In this document: positions 37,117 to 50,049 of the stretch, one piece after another
How positions within the stretch are numbered: the stretch's first letter is position 1
How the letters are laid out: each line of letters starts with the position of its first letter
Source of the DNA: Lama guanicoe
Taxonomy: Eukaryota
DNA: 64,000 nucleotides
Direction: 5' to 3'
Assembly (NCBI GenBank): GCA_013239625.1
Contig: MU054204.1
Coordinates: 1,115,537-1,179,536, forward strand
Position numbers and translations under genes: made by a program
The notes under the pieces: model-generated
The model's input: only the letters and a program-made list of their open reading frames with translations
Database searches by the model: none
What the model was told of the DNA's origin: nothing

Positions 37117-38684
37117 ATAAAAATATCATAATGGCAAGCTTGGGTGATTAGAGCAGCTTGGGATTTTTAAAGGATTGAGAGTCTCAGTTTTTGACAGAAA
37201 GGCATCTGAATTGGGGACAGGAGGATCTCCAAATCCTTCCACATCAACAGGCTCCTCCTGTCAGTCTAGACTTTTGTTCCTGAGACATAAGGCTTTAGGA
37301 GTCACTTAGAAGTTGTTCCCCTGCAGAACAAATAGAAACACATGGCGAACATCACTCCCTTTTTTTTGAGATGTACATCTGAATGGCCCAACATCAAGGC
37401 AGGAGAAACCCCACTGTTCAGAAGGATTCTGGTTCTGACAACAGCAGGCCATTAATTTGGAGACAGAGACAACTGTTACAACTCCATGGCAGAAGCAGGG
37501 AAAATGTCTAACAGCTGATACACTCAAGTGTCTCAGCTACTGGTATCTAAAACCAGGCCACACAGAGTTGGAGGAAGGGCACAAGAGTTTGTCCGAGGAG
37601 ACCAAGGATGAGGGGCTAAGGAAAGGGAAATGTGTGCATTGTGACCAGGAAGAACTTTATGATGAGCAGTATTTCTTACACTCAAATTGCTCTGTGTTTT
37701 ACAGAACCTGGCCAGGAAGGGACCCTGGGCATGAAAAGGCAGAGAAACACCTGGAAATAAAGCAAGAAGCTCTGAGACAGAAGGTATTAAAGGAGCCCAG
37801 GGAGACATACCTGCTGACAGCTTGATGGATGCAGAGGTGTCATGGCCCCTTCCTTCAACACTAACTGCAAAGTCATTGGCTTTAAGGAAAGGACACAAGA
37901 CAGGGAATTATGACAGACATGATTTTCAAGGACTAGCAAGGATACCATCAGAGTAAAACCCTGAAGTGAACAAAGCCACTGAGGCTCATGATTAGTTTGC
38001 TGAAGCTAATGCCAGGTTGGTATTAGAAACTAGTGGAAATAGGGCTTCTGGTAGGAAGAGATGAGAACACTCAGTTTCTTGTTATGCAAAACCTATCCCC
38101 CCCCCGAAATAGCTCAAATATCCTACCATGGTTGAATTTAAGCTACAACACACAAATGTTTTAATGATACAGTCCTTTTCAATGACACTGTTGACTGGTA
38201 ACGTGTCTGTGTTGGCTTAGAGTTTAATTTCTGCCCTTAGATTGGCTTGCAGACTGTGCTTTTCAGTAAAATGGCATCATTTATCAAGGTGCAATTGTGA
38301 ATTCTCTCCAGATGTATTAAGTGCCACCGTCCTTAAAGCCTACTCTGCAGGGCCAAGGGGACAAAGCCATCTTACCTGAGAAGGGAGAAGACTTCTGAGG
38401 AAAGAGCTGTGAATAGCCCCTGGAGTGGAAAGGCACTCTGGAGAGTGGGAGCAGGCAACCAGGGAAAGAAAGGCCCCCATACATGCCCAGCTACTCGAAG
38501 ATGAGTGCCAGAACCTAGCATCCACTGGCATGCAGGCATGGGAATCCTCAGGCTAGCCCCTGGCTCAGGGCCATGCTGTAGAGCAGCCAGGAGTATCTCC
38601 CTAGTTCTTGATATTCCTCTCTGTCCTTTTTGGAGACTTGCTCTCCAAAATGTTCTATGACCTGGGTCAAGAGGAATGCAAGAG

Positions 38685-38865
38685 GAGATAAACAAGGCCC
38701 TACTGTAATGCACAGGGAACTATATTCAATGGCTTATAGTAATAAAAAGAATATGTATATATGTATATGTATAACTGAATCACTATGCTGTACACCGGAA
38801 GCTAACACAACATTGTAGATCAACTATACTTCAATTTTTAAAAATGGGGGGGATGATTTAAAAAA
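38685..38865 (+). mobile_element. L1 3' tip
   Basis: gataaacaaggccctactgtaatgcacagggaac...ctatacttcaat. Confidence 0.85.
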
Positions 38866-39089
38866 AGGAGCACAAGAGAACTATTTCAAACAAACTTTCA
38901 CACTGAGATATGACCCAACATGATTCCTTACCCACACTCCCACCTCCACTCTTACCTTTCAATTCTTAAAGAAAATAACTGAAGTGAGCAATGTATAACT
39001 CAAAGGTGTTGGGGGTCTACACAAATATGCAATAAAGTCCCTTTATTCACCCCATCCCTAAAACAGACATCTGACAATGATTGTTCTAC

Positions 39090-39450
39090 CTCAGACTCTC
39101 TTTGCCCTGCGCTGGTAAGAGAACCCCTTTATCCTGCAAAGAATCCATTATCCTTGCAGTTTGGATGGAGCTGCAACCATCTGCCCCTCCTGACCATGGG
39201 ACTGGGACTCCTGTGACCTAAGCTGGCCAATCAGCATCAACCTCCCTCTAAAGCATAGTACTTGGATAAAGGGAGGGCACGTTACACAAATCAGCCAATC
39301 AGAGTCCTTCCTGGGACCTTTTTTTTTTAACCTACTAAGGAAGTTACCATGGGGCAGCCCTGATAATGCTATTTGAGTCCCTAGATCCAGCTTTGCTTTG
39401 AAGCATAGAACACACATTTCCCAGTTGTGTGAGTCAATAAATTCCTCTAA
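39090..39450 (+). mobile_element. Old MaLR LTR remnant (MLT1K/L-like)
   Basis: gtgacctaagctggccaatcagc...ccaatcagagtccttcctggga...ccagttgtgtgagtcaataaattcc. Confidence 0.6.
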
Positions 39451-42400
39451 AAACTCTGATGTATGACAGAAAGATGCAAAAAGCCAGCAGTCCTCATGAG
39501 TACTAACTATAGCTTTTGCCTTGTTGCTGTGTCCTTCTAGCCAAGTCACTCTGAGTCTTTGAAAACATGGGGCAGAAATTGAGCCACATCCATTGGAGAG
39601 CTTGGATGGAAATAATGATGGGACAGTTAACATCAATGTGATGTTTGGGTGTAGAAACTTTCCGTGAATGCCTGAAATTACACCATAAAGGAATCTACCC
39701 ATCCTGGGCAGATATATGGCCCCTCTTGCCAATGAAATTCATTTCTGCCTAAGTTGAATGCAATAAGCGTGTAACATGAGGAGGCAGGTGGAAGATCATA
39801 GCCAGAAGTTAGGTCAACTTTCCTACATGCCAAGGAAGAGAATTTCAGACAAATACAACCCAAAGCTGAATCGAGTAAAAAGTGTCTAACTGGAGGAAAA
39901 TAATCCATATGGAAGGCTATCATCTTGTGACAACAAGGCAACCTCAGACACCTAGGTGACTCCCCCAGGAAGATGTTAGCCATGTGGATTTCTTTATAAC
40001 CTGGCAGGAGAGGCTGGCATCTCCAGAGTCTGACATCAGAAGCTCCAGATAAATGAGCCCTTGTTTGCCATCTTTCAGAATATGGCAGCATAAGTTTAAT
40101 TTAGACAAACCAGAGCCTAGAAGTAGACTCACAAAGCCTTCCTCACAAGGGAGCTGGCTCAATTTCAGATGTGGAGGCAGGACAAATAAAGTACCCAGGA
40201 GCTGTGGGAACAAATGGCAGAGAGCAGTCCAAGTCAGTGGTTAGGTGAATTGGATGAGGGGGCAGAGGAAGCTCCAATTTGAAGTGCCAAGGATTCCAGC
40301 TAGTTCTCAGAGTATGGCAGCAGGGTATCAAGGGGCTGGCTACACATGGATGGTGATTCTTGGAAGTCTAAGCAGATTGACAGTCATCCTCAGGGGCATC
40401 TTACAACAAGGAGTAAAACTATGGGTGTTGGACTAGCTATGGAAGCCAAAACTCGACCCCATGGGTAATCAGATTGGGGGAAGGTATTAGGATATCCTGG
40501 AAAGAGACAAACACAGAGTTGTAATCTGAGAGCATCCAGGAGAGGAGACATATCATCATGGCAGATACCCAGGCTGAAGAAATGAGACAGAAGTCTAGTT
40601 CTGTGAAATGGATAATGAAGACCCAGAACCACTTTAGAAGCAAGCAGAGCCCAATACTGAGCCCAGAACGTTAAAGGGTGGCTCCAGAAATTTTCACTGA
40701 GAATACACAGAGTTTGTGGTAGAGAAGGAGGCAAGATTTAACCTCTAGGTGGGAACTCAGGGGTCCTTTTAGGAGAAAAGGATAATAGTGACTGGGAACC
40801 CAGCTGGAAAGGTCACTGGTACCATCCTGAAACCTCCCTCAGTTCTATGTATGCCACCATTAGGACTGGATTTTGTTTTTAGCAAACATTCCTTATGAGA
40901 AAAATTCTTATTAGTATATGGGTCATAATTTAAATGGTTATATACCTTATACTTTAGTATGAATTTTTTACATATTTCTTTCCTAAGAGCAGGTTTTGAT
41001 GGAGGTTGGAAGAACTTATTCACACAGCAGAGTCTTACTAAGAGGCTAAGAGCCAGGCACTGTGCTATGCACTAGGGGTACAAAGATGAGGCAAAGCGGA
41101 TATGCTTCATCCCTGGAGAATTTTACAGCTTTCTAGATTAAAGGTGGGAAGGCAGCCACTAAAAGGAAAAAAAAAAAGATGTGCAAGAGGGAAGCTGGGT
41201 AGATTACACACAAATGTTTTCTTATTTTCCAGTGTTTCCAAATCTGACTCATTTATTTCTCCATGGAAATCCCACAGATGATCCTTGCCATCTTCCCACA
41301 GCCCTTAGCTCTAACTCTTCAATAGCATCAGGGCTTCTTGGTCCATGCTTACAGTCAGAGGTAGGGATGCTGGGAAGGTCATTTTGATCCTCTGATTTAT
41401 GGAAAATGGGTTCCCTCAAACCTCTTGTCAAAATCCTTTCACTGCATCACAGCATCTCCTGACAATGGGCTGGTAGGGGCTATAATAACAGAGATTTATA
41501 ATAACCCCAGGTCACTTATTCTCCAATGTCCACTACATAAAATTCAAACCCCTTTCAAGGCCTGGCTTTCAAAGCCTTCCACTCTCTTTAGTCTACATAA
41601 CTGTACTAGATCTTTCATTACTCATCTACTTCAATTTTTTGACTTATGAATCCCAGAATATAATCTGTGCTTTCCTATTTCCATGTCCTTGTTCATGCCA
41701 GCCTCTCCACCTGATGCCCTACCATGACCATCTCTATATAAAGAATTTCTACCAATTCTTCAGTGCCATTCCATTCACAAAGTCATCCCCAATCTCACCT
41801 GCCAGAAAAGATCACTAGCCATTTTTGTGCTTGTACCATTCAAATGGCTGTTACCATATACCACCTTCTCAGATGGGTATTTTGTAACTGTCTTATCTGT
41901 CCTAATGAAAGACAGGGACTGTAATGCATATCCAGAAAATTCTGGGCATCATAAATATCTGATGAATTGAATTGAATTGAATACATGTGGTTAACAGAAA
42001 GGTGGAGACCAAATCAAAGCAATGCTGTTTCAAAGGTTAGCCTGGTTGAGGCAGACAAATAGGCCAGAGGAGAAACCAGATGGAGGCTGCAGAGGAACCA
42101 ATTAAGGGACCTGTGATTACCATGGAGTGAGGAGATTAAAGTAGAGATCCAGATAGTAGAACTGGGCCTGGACAGGAAAAAGCAAACTGTAAAGGCCCTG
42201 CAAGCCAAAACATGGGGACTGGAGGAGATGAAGGATAAGGGTTCATCTTGGGGAACTAAACCTGGCGGTGCCCTAGACACAAATAAGCAGATAGCACTTG
42301 CCAAACTGTGCTGTGCTTTTTCTTCTTTCTTGATTCAAGATCTGAGCTTAGTTGATAACCATTCATTTTTTTATTGTGTTGAAAGGTCTTGGAAGTTTCT

Positions 42401-42629
42401 GAGGCACAGATTCCAGGTGTTCCTGGAAACCCTGTCCTTCCACCTCCTCTCCCACCATCCATGCTCTGTGGAGACATCTCAAAGCCACCAAGGCTGTCAA
42501 GTGGCAGTAGAGGCAGGGTTCTGGAGCTCCAACTAACCTCACTTCAAGTACTCCACTTTGATTTATCTTGTATTTAGGGAGTTTTCCATAAAATGTATCT
42601 TGAGAAGAAGAATTTGCTGTTTAAAAAGT

Positions 42630-43185
42630 GTTTTATATGACCCAGCAATTTCGTTCCTTTCATTCAATAGAAATGAAAATATATGTCCACACAAAACCTT
42701 GTACGTGAAAATTCACAGCAGCACTATTAATAACAGCCAAAAGGTAGATGCAAGCCTACAGTCCCTCAACTGATGAAGAGATAAACAAAATGTGGTTTAT
42801 CCATGTGATGGAATATTATTCAGCCTTAAAAAAGGAACAAACTACTGATACATGCTAAAAATGAGCGAAGCTTGAAAACATTATGCTACGTAACAGAAGT
42901 CAGTCACAAAAGTCACATATTATATGATTCTATTCATATGAAATGTCCAGAAAAGGCAAATCCATAGAAACAGGAAATAGATTAGTGGTTGCCTGAGATT
43001 GGGGGTGGGGATAGGGAGTGACTTTTAACAGGCATGAAGTTTCTGTTAGCAGGGACAAAACTGTCCTAAAATTAGATTGTGGTGATGGTTGCTTGACCTT
43101 GTAAATACATTTCAAAAACCACTTTAAGAAGGTGAATTGTATGGTATGTGATTTGTATCTCAGTAAAGCTGTCTCTTCAATAAAA
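42630..43185 (+). mobile_element. L1MB/MC-type 3' end
   Basis: tatgacccagcaatt...atgtccacacaaaacc...ggtgaattgtatggtatgtgatttgtatctcagtaaagctg. Confidence 0.85.
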
Positions 43186-43210
43186 ACCTTTAGAACCTTT
43201 TACTCTAGGG

Positions 43211-43416
43211 CAGTGGTTCTCAATGGGGAGCATTTTGCTCCCATGGGACATTTGGCAAAATCTAAGGACGTTTCTGATTGTCACAACCAGAGAGGTGCCA
43301 CTGGTACCAGATAGAGGCCAGGGATGCTGCTAAACATCCTACAATGCACAGGATGCCCCAACAACAAAGAATTATCTGGCCCAAAATGTCAGTAGAGCCG
43401 AGGCTGAGAGACTCTG
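43211..43416 (+). mobile_element. MER20 hAT-Charlie MITE
   Basis: cagtggttctcaa...gggacatttggcaa...gaggccagggatgctgctaaacatcctacaatgcacagg; 8-bp TSD (c/a)tctaggg. Confidence 0.9.
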
Positions 43417-43891
43417 ATCTAGGGTATAAGTGCTTTAAAATAAAGACGATTGTTCCTAATATTCTTACCAGGGTTTGCTGTTGTCACTCTTTTATGGCAT
43501 TTGCTACTCACCCGCACCCCCTATACACCTGTGGGACTCGAGTTTTTTAGCATCTTTTGTAACTGGCCTCTCAGGGCTAAAGTGGCCACTCGGATTCATG
43601 AATCCCTATGTTTATAGCAGTGATCAGCTCCTCCCATCTCACAATGGTTAGAAACCACTTCAGGATTAGAGCCAGAGCTCTTGAAAATATTTATGTAACA
43701 AACAGTTTTTCAAGATGGTTATGATTCTAGAAAATGGGCAGGGGATAGGTTAACATTCTAAATAAAGTACCATATTTTAGAAAGCAAAGAAACATCCATA
43801 TTTTCTAGTCTATAAAATTTAAAATCTATGCTTTAAAAAGAGACCTTACATGAAATGCATAAACGAGTCAGCAAGTTTATGTATCAGTATA

Positions 43892-44114
43892 CACTTGAAC
43901 CTTGAATAACACAGGAGTTAGGAGCCCTGACTCCCTCTACGCACAGTGGAAAATCTGCCTAGAACTTTACAGTCCCCTCTCCATATCTGCGGTCCCATCT
44001 GCAAATTCAACCAACTGCAGGTTGTATAGTATTGTAGTAGGTACTTGTTGGGAAAAAAATCACATATATGTGGACTCAGACAGTTCAAACTCCTGTTACT
44101 CAATGATCAACCTC
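43892..44114. mobile_element. TcMar-Tigger MITE (MER8/Tigger2 group)
   Basis: Degenerate TIRs cacttgaaccttgaataacac ... tgttactcaatgatcaacct, flanked by TA. Confidence 0.65.
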
Positions 44115-45702
44115 ATATTTATACAAAAGGTGTATTATAAAGCTAGGGGATCTGGTGATATTGGGCAAGTACTTATAGCCCGGATCTAGATGAGGGCAAA
44201 TGTCTATGGAAAAATTTTGTGACAGGCAAGTTGAAGTTCATGGAGAAAAGCCTCTATATGGGGCCAACTCTCCCACACTGGGAAGCTGGAAACATCTGTT
44301 TTCATGAATCAGAGCCTCTCTTGCCTGCTGTATTGGTTTCCCGTAGGGACACCTCTCAGATGTTAGAAACCTTATTCTTCCCACCTTACCCCCATCACAC
44401 ATCTAACAAAACCAATCCTCAAGAAAAACTGCTGACACGGTCTTCACCTGGAAATGTATACATCCTGTTGTGAGTATGGGCTGGGGGAGTGTACATTTCA
44501 GTGGGATTTGTTAGCCACAGCAACATTTGGATGTCAGTCTTTGCAACATTGTAGGTCCTGTTCTATTTCATATAAGCAGAATTATGCGGTATTTGCTTTT
44601 TTGTGACTGGCTTATTTCACTTAGCTTAATGTCCTCAAGGTTCATCTGTCTTGCAGCATGGGTTGGGATTTGCCAGGACGTATCTTTTTTCTTTTTAACG
44701 TGTAAGTCTCCACTGAAGATGTCATAGACTTGCCCCAGAGCCCCAGGAGTCTGAGTTGGGACTCTCCCACTGGGGCTTGCCATACATTCTCCACCATCTT
44801 TTTCCCACCACTGATATTTCCAACACCCTAATGTCTGCCAGGTCATGGCCCAAGCACTAGAGCTGTGTGAACTGCACCTTGAACCTGATACAGGCACGTT
44901 CCTGCTCTGGGTTCCAATCAAATGCAGCAACCTTCTATGTCACCCGACACGTGGGCCAAAGCAATAACCCACAGTGTCCAATATGCTGCCTGTAAAATCT
45001 GAAGAGGCCCACCAGGCACTATCCTTCCTCTGTGATGGGAGATGCAAGATGCAATGATTCATCTTTTATTTTGGAAGGGATGTTCTGGCACTGAAATCTA
45101 GACCACTGAAATCCTAACATTTTTAGACGTGTCAGAGTCCTGAATTTTCAGTGTTCATCTCCCACTGTCTGGAGCACATTACCAAATCCCTCAGTGGGCT
45201 GGCCAACCTCTTACCTGGTAACTGATGTAATGAATCAATGTGATGTTCTGTGAGGTGTCCAGACAGTCCTGATTATACTAATGATGACAGAAGACAGGAG
45301 AGTTAAAAGAGCTTTGGGGCAAAACTGTAAATTAATATTAATGTCCATTCTGTGTGACTGTAAACTGTATTTTTTTTAATTTTCTGATATGGATAGAAGA
45401 GGATGCATTTGACAAATCAAAGACCACAAATCATGTACCTGAGGCCATGTTAGTCTTCTCTAGTGATACCACACCTGGTTGCCACTGGGATTGTTGTTAT
45501 TTGGTTGAGCTTGTGGCAGTCCACTGTCAACCCTCAGAATCCAGCCAGTTTCTGCAGGAGCCAGAGTGGCCAATGAGATGGAGAGACAATGCAGACCACC
45601 ATTACTGCATCCTTTAGATCCTTAAAGGTGGCACTAATCTTGGCTATACTCCCAGGATATAAAATTGATGCTGATTTACTGCCTTTGCTGAGTGAAAGGT
45701 AG

Positions 45703-46161
45703 TGTTATGGGTTGAATTGTGGCCACCTGAGATTCATATGTTGAAGTCCTAACTCCCAAAACCTCAGAATGTCACCTTATGTGGAAATAGGGTTGTTGCA
45801 GATGGACTTAGTTAAGATGAAGTCATACTGGAGTAGGGCGGGCCCCTAAGCCAATATAACTGATGTCCTTATGAAAAGGGGACGTTTGGAGACACACACA
45901 AAGGGAGAAGGCCATGTGAAGATGAAAGCGAAGATTGGGGTGATGTTTCTACAAGCCAAGGAAGGCCAAAGATGGCCAGCAAACCAGCAAAAGCTAGGAA
46001 GGGGCACAAATAGATTCTCTCTCACAGCCTCGGAAGGAACCTACCCTGCAAACACCTGACTTTGGACTTCTGGCTTTCAGAACTGTGAGATGATAACTTT
46101 CTGTTACTTCAGCCACCCAGTTTGTGGTTCTTTGCTAGAGCAGCCCCAGGAAATGCACACA
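45703..46161 (+). mobile_element. MLT1B/C MaLR LTR
   Basis: tgttatgggttgaattgtg...ttcatatgttgaagtcctaac...gcagccccaggaaatgcacaca; TSD ggtag/ggcag. Confidence 0.85.
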
Positions 46162-46496
46162 GGCAGTTCCAGAGGTTTCCACTTAGTCTTCCCCACTATC
46201 ATAGCTCTTACCCCACAGGCCAAGGAACCAATACAGAAGTTGCACCAACTGTCCATTATCTCAACCCCAATTATACATTCAAAGACTGGCAAAATGACCA
46301 CAGGTGGAACTGTGGATTCAATGCCCCCACTGTAGACTAGACCAAGTCACACTTTAAGCTAGACTTGGGCAGGACTCCATTTATTACCAGGTCCTTATAC
46401 ATCCTCACTCTAACAGTGAGGCCATTATGACACTTAAAGTTTCCAGTTATCAATGTTAATTCAGACCCTGTGTCCAACAGTCCTTAAGAAATCTGT

Positions 46497-47190
46497 CACT
46501 CACACCACTGAGAATGGCCATCATTAAAAAGTCCACAAACAATAAATGCTGGAGAGGGTGTGGAGAAAAGGGAACCCTCCTACACTGCTGGTGGGAATAT
46601 AGTTTGGTGCAGACATTATGGAAAACAGTATGGAGATTCCACAAAAAACTAAAAATAGACTTACCCTTTGATCCAGCAATCCCACTCCTCAGTATATATC
46701 TGGAGGGAACTCTAACTGGAAAAGATACATGCACCCCAATGTTCATAGCAGCACTATATACAATAGCCAAGACATGGAAGCAACCTAAATGTCCATCAAC
46801 AAATGACTGGATAAAGAAGTTGTGTTATGTTTATACAATGGAATACTATTCAGCCATTAAAAATAATGAAATAATGCCATTTGCAGCAACATGGGTGGAC
46901 CTATCATACAAAGTGAAGTAAGCCAGACAAAGACAAATATCATATGATATCACTTATATGTAGAATCTAAAAAAAATAATACAAATCAACTTACTCACAA
47001 AACAGAAACAGACTCACAGACATAGAAAACAAACTTGTGGTTACCAAAGCAGGAAGGAGAGAGGGAGGGGTAAATTAAGAGTCTGGGATTCACAGATACT
47101 ACTATAAATAAAATAGAAAAATGAAAATGCCAGAACACCAGAAACTAACACAACATTGGAAATCAACTCTACTTCAATTTAAAAAAAAAT
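46497..47190 (+). mobile_element. Young L1 3' portion
   Basis: ORF2 C-terminus ([18 protein letters not shown]...[10 protein letters not shown]), 3'UTR and A-tail. Confidence 0.9.
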
Positions 47191-47568
47191 TCTATATATC
47201 TCCCTTCCCCCGTGTAGTTGTCCAAAACCAGTTACAGTGGCAGGAGCTACTGTTCATCCCACTAATCTCCCTCTTCTAAGTTACCCCTCAGGAACAGGGG
47301 CCCACCAGAATTTGGGGGGAGCAGCACCCTCATCATATGTGGAGAAGGGGATCCATTTGGCACAACGGGTGGGCTGTGCAGACACAAACAAGAGCCACCC
47401 AGACCCTCTTCAACCTCCTTCAGCACCTGCCTCAGCTTCAGAGAGCCACCTGGCCTGAAGATACAGCCTTCCCAGCACAGCACACAAGCAGTGACTGAGG
47501 GAGGAAGGGGGGATAAAGGCCTGGCCAGCTCCACCCAACATAAGACACTCTGATGGGCAGTACTTAAC

Positions 47569-47925
47569 TGCAATGGATTGAATGTTTGTGTCTCCCCAGA
47601 ATTCATATATTGAAACCCTATGCCAACATGATGGTATTTGGAAGTGGGCCTGTGGGAGGTAAATAGGTCAAGAAGGTGGGGCCCTCAAGTGGAATCAGTG
47701 CTCTTGTAAAAGAGGCCATAGACGTAGCTGGTTCTCTTTCTGCCAGGTGAGGATACAATGAGAAGATGGCAGCCTGCAACCCCGAAGAGGACAATGACTG
47801 GGACCCAACCACGCTAGCACCTTGATCTCAGACTTCCAGCCTCCAGAACTGTGTAAAATGAATATTGTTGCTGAAGCTGCCCAGTCTATGATAACTTATT
47901 GTAGCAGCACAAACAGACTGAGACA
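47569..47925 (+). mobile_element. MLT1A-like MaLR LTR
   Basis: tgcaatggattgaatgtttgtgtctcccc...cttccagcctccagaactgtg...acagactgagaca. Confidence 0.8.
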
Positions 47926-48199
47926 CTTACTCAAGGGTTCCCTCCTGGATTGGCTGGCTGAGGCTTTGTTAGGCTCTCAGTCACATTTCTACTTCTTCCT
48001 CTGCTCATTTTCACTTCTGTCCTGTTCTTTCACAGGTGTTGGTCCTTAATAAATGTCTTGCCCCCAGCTGTCTCCAGAGAATGCACCATGTGACATGTGT
48101 TCATTCCATATTTTAGAGTATTAGTGTTATTTTTAACTGTTTGAAAATTATACTTTAACAGAGATTTTGCAGGTAGTATAGGTGTGTTCTTTTTTAATC

Positions 48200-48334
48200 T
48201 ACTTTTTTTTACTCTTTTTGTGTGTGTGGGTTATTTATTAGGTTTATTTATTTTTTAATGGAGGTACTAGGGATTGAACCCAGGCCCTCGTACATGCTAA
48301 GCATGAGCTCTACCACTGAGTTATACCTGCCCCC
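48200..48334 (-). mobile_element. vic-1-type SINE
   Basis: Reverse complement of gggggcaggtataactcagtggtagagctcatgcttagcatgtacgagg...ggttcaatccc. Confidence 0.9.
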
Positions 48335-50049
48335 TCTAAGAATCAGTTCTTTATTAAGAGCTATGTGAGGTCAATTGATGTCTTTGCTTTTATCTCAAGC
48401 AAAACTGTTATTTTCCTTTCCTTGGAAGCAGATGGAGGCATGTGTGGAGAGGGGGCTACACTAAAGAATGTAACTCTCAATAACACTCAATAACATTGTA
48501 AAATGGGTTATGTTCCTTCAGGGTCTTCCCTTCTCCCTCCTCCTTCTCCTCCATTAATCATGTGAACTCTCACTGTGACCTGGGTCCCTCGCAAACCTCC
48601 GGGACATTTTCCCCCATCAAACTCCCCTGACCACCAGAAGTGACCCATTCTTCATCATCCCTGTGGGTCACATCCCCTTAGACATGTGCTAGGTAAGTGA
48701 CTCATTAATCAGGATCCACCAGGCTATTAACAGCTGCCAATAGCAATGTAAACAGTCCTGTTCCTATGCTTTTTCCAGAAGAGTATAATGCGGGGATTTT
48801 AGAGCCATGAGGGCACCAGGAGGGCAGACCGTCATAAGTAGAGGCAGCCACAAATTATGGCTTCTCAGCAGCCACTTTAACATGGAAAAACAGAGAGAGA
48901 TCAGAATGGGATTCTAAGAAAGGGTTAATGACAAGCACCACGCTGGGTTAGGCTCTCAGCAGCTACAGCGACCTGGGCTACTCCAGGAGCTGGAGAAATG
49001 GTGAAGGGACCTGGGAGGAAAGTGAGACTGCTCCAGCCACCTGCTTACAAAATTCTGACTCTTGTATTGAGGCAATTCCAGACAAGTAACTGATTTAAAC
49101 AGACCATTTACCCAGTCTGCCTTTGTCTTGGAGAAATTAGGATAAATGACAGCATCCTGATTAAAATAAACAGGAATCATTCAGAAATCTTGACAAAAAA
49201 GAAAACAAAACTGAGTTGACTACTGAAGGCTGTGTGGATGGAGGCTTTTCTCTGTATGATGACCAATATTAGCACAACCAGAGAAAGTTATCTGAAGAAT
49301 ACTTTTCTCTGTGAACTATCAATCTGATCGAGAGTTTGGTTCAATTGTGTGTGCCTGTATTCACTTTTAGAGTTTGCTTTTTCCTCCCATCCTTTCCCAT
49401 TTACTTTTACTTTTTGACTATGTAGCTTTCCCCACTTTCCTATAAATCACAAGAGGAAATGTTGGAAATATACACTGCAAACACAAGAGTGTGTTGTTGC
49501 CTTTAGATAAAGATTTCTGTTGTGTTTTAAAACTAGATTGCAGTACGGTTTCCTGATAAACCTGGTTCCAGGTCCTTAGTGTATTTCTGCAACTAACAGC
49601 AAAAAGAAAACCCACCTGGGGAAATATTTCATTGCAAAAGCACCAACTGCTGGAAACTTGGGTTCGCCTAAGGAGCCTTGCTCTGTGGTCCTGGGATCAT
49701 AGGCCCTCCACCAGGGCAGGATTTCTGCTTAATAAAGTAACTTTTGTGAAATTTCCCTAAATCACAAATCCGACGACGCAATTTTAGCAATGGAGAGAAT
49801 GAATGAATAAATGAATGGATGCATGAATTAATGAATGCAAGGAGGCAGAGGCGCCTGCTGGGCTTGGGATTGAGTTGAGGGGTGAATAGGGACCATGAGA
49901 CTGCAGCTGCTCACACGAGGACAGACCCCATCACTGCTGCACTAAGAGGCAGAGCTGTAAATTCTGTTACTAGAGTACCATCTTCAGCACCTTTGACAAG
50001 TGAACAGACTAAGTCACAAAGACGGGATTCGAACCCTTTCCCCACCCCG

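Larger units (their letters stand above)
44730..47240 (-). mobile_element. Decayed ERVL interior (protease and RT), split by MLT1 and L1 insertions
   Basis: Antisense translations [12 protein letters not shown] (aspartic protease DTG, ~46445-46483), ISATFKDLKDA, TLIHYI, CQNIPSKIKD...LHLA and LVGLFRFYRQHI match ERVL Pol motifs. Confidence 0.8.

Noticed and set aside
37457..37825. 122-aa charged ORF
   Set aside because: Non-ATG (TTG) start, no recognisable homology and no convincing + strand exon structure.
39148..39732. Longest ORF in the track (194 aa), and 31575-32018 (147 aa)
   Set aside because: Both overlap LTR remnants on the antisense strand and show no recognisable domain.
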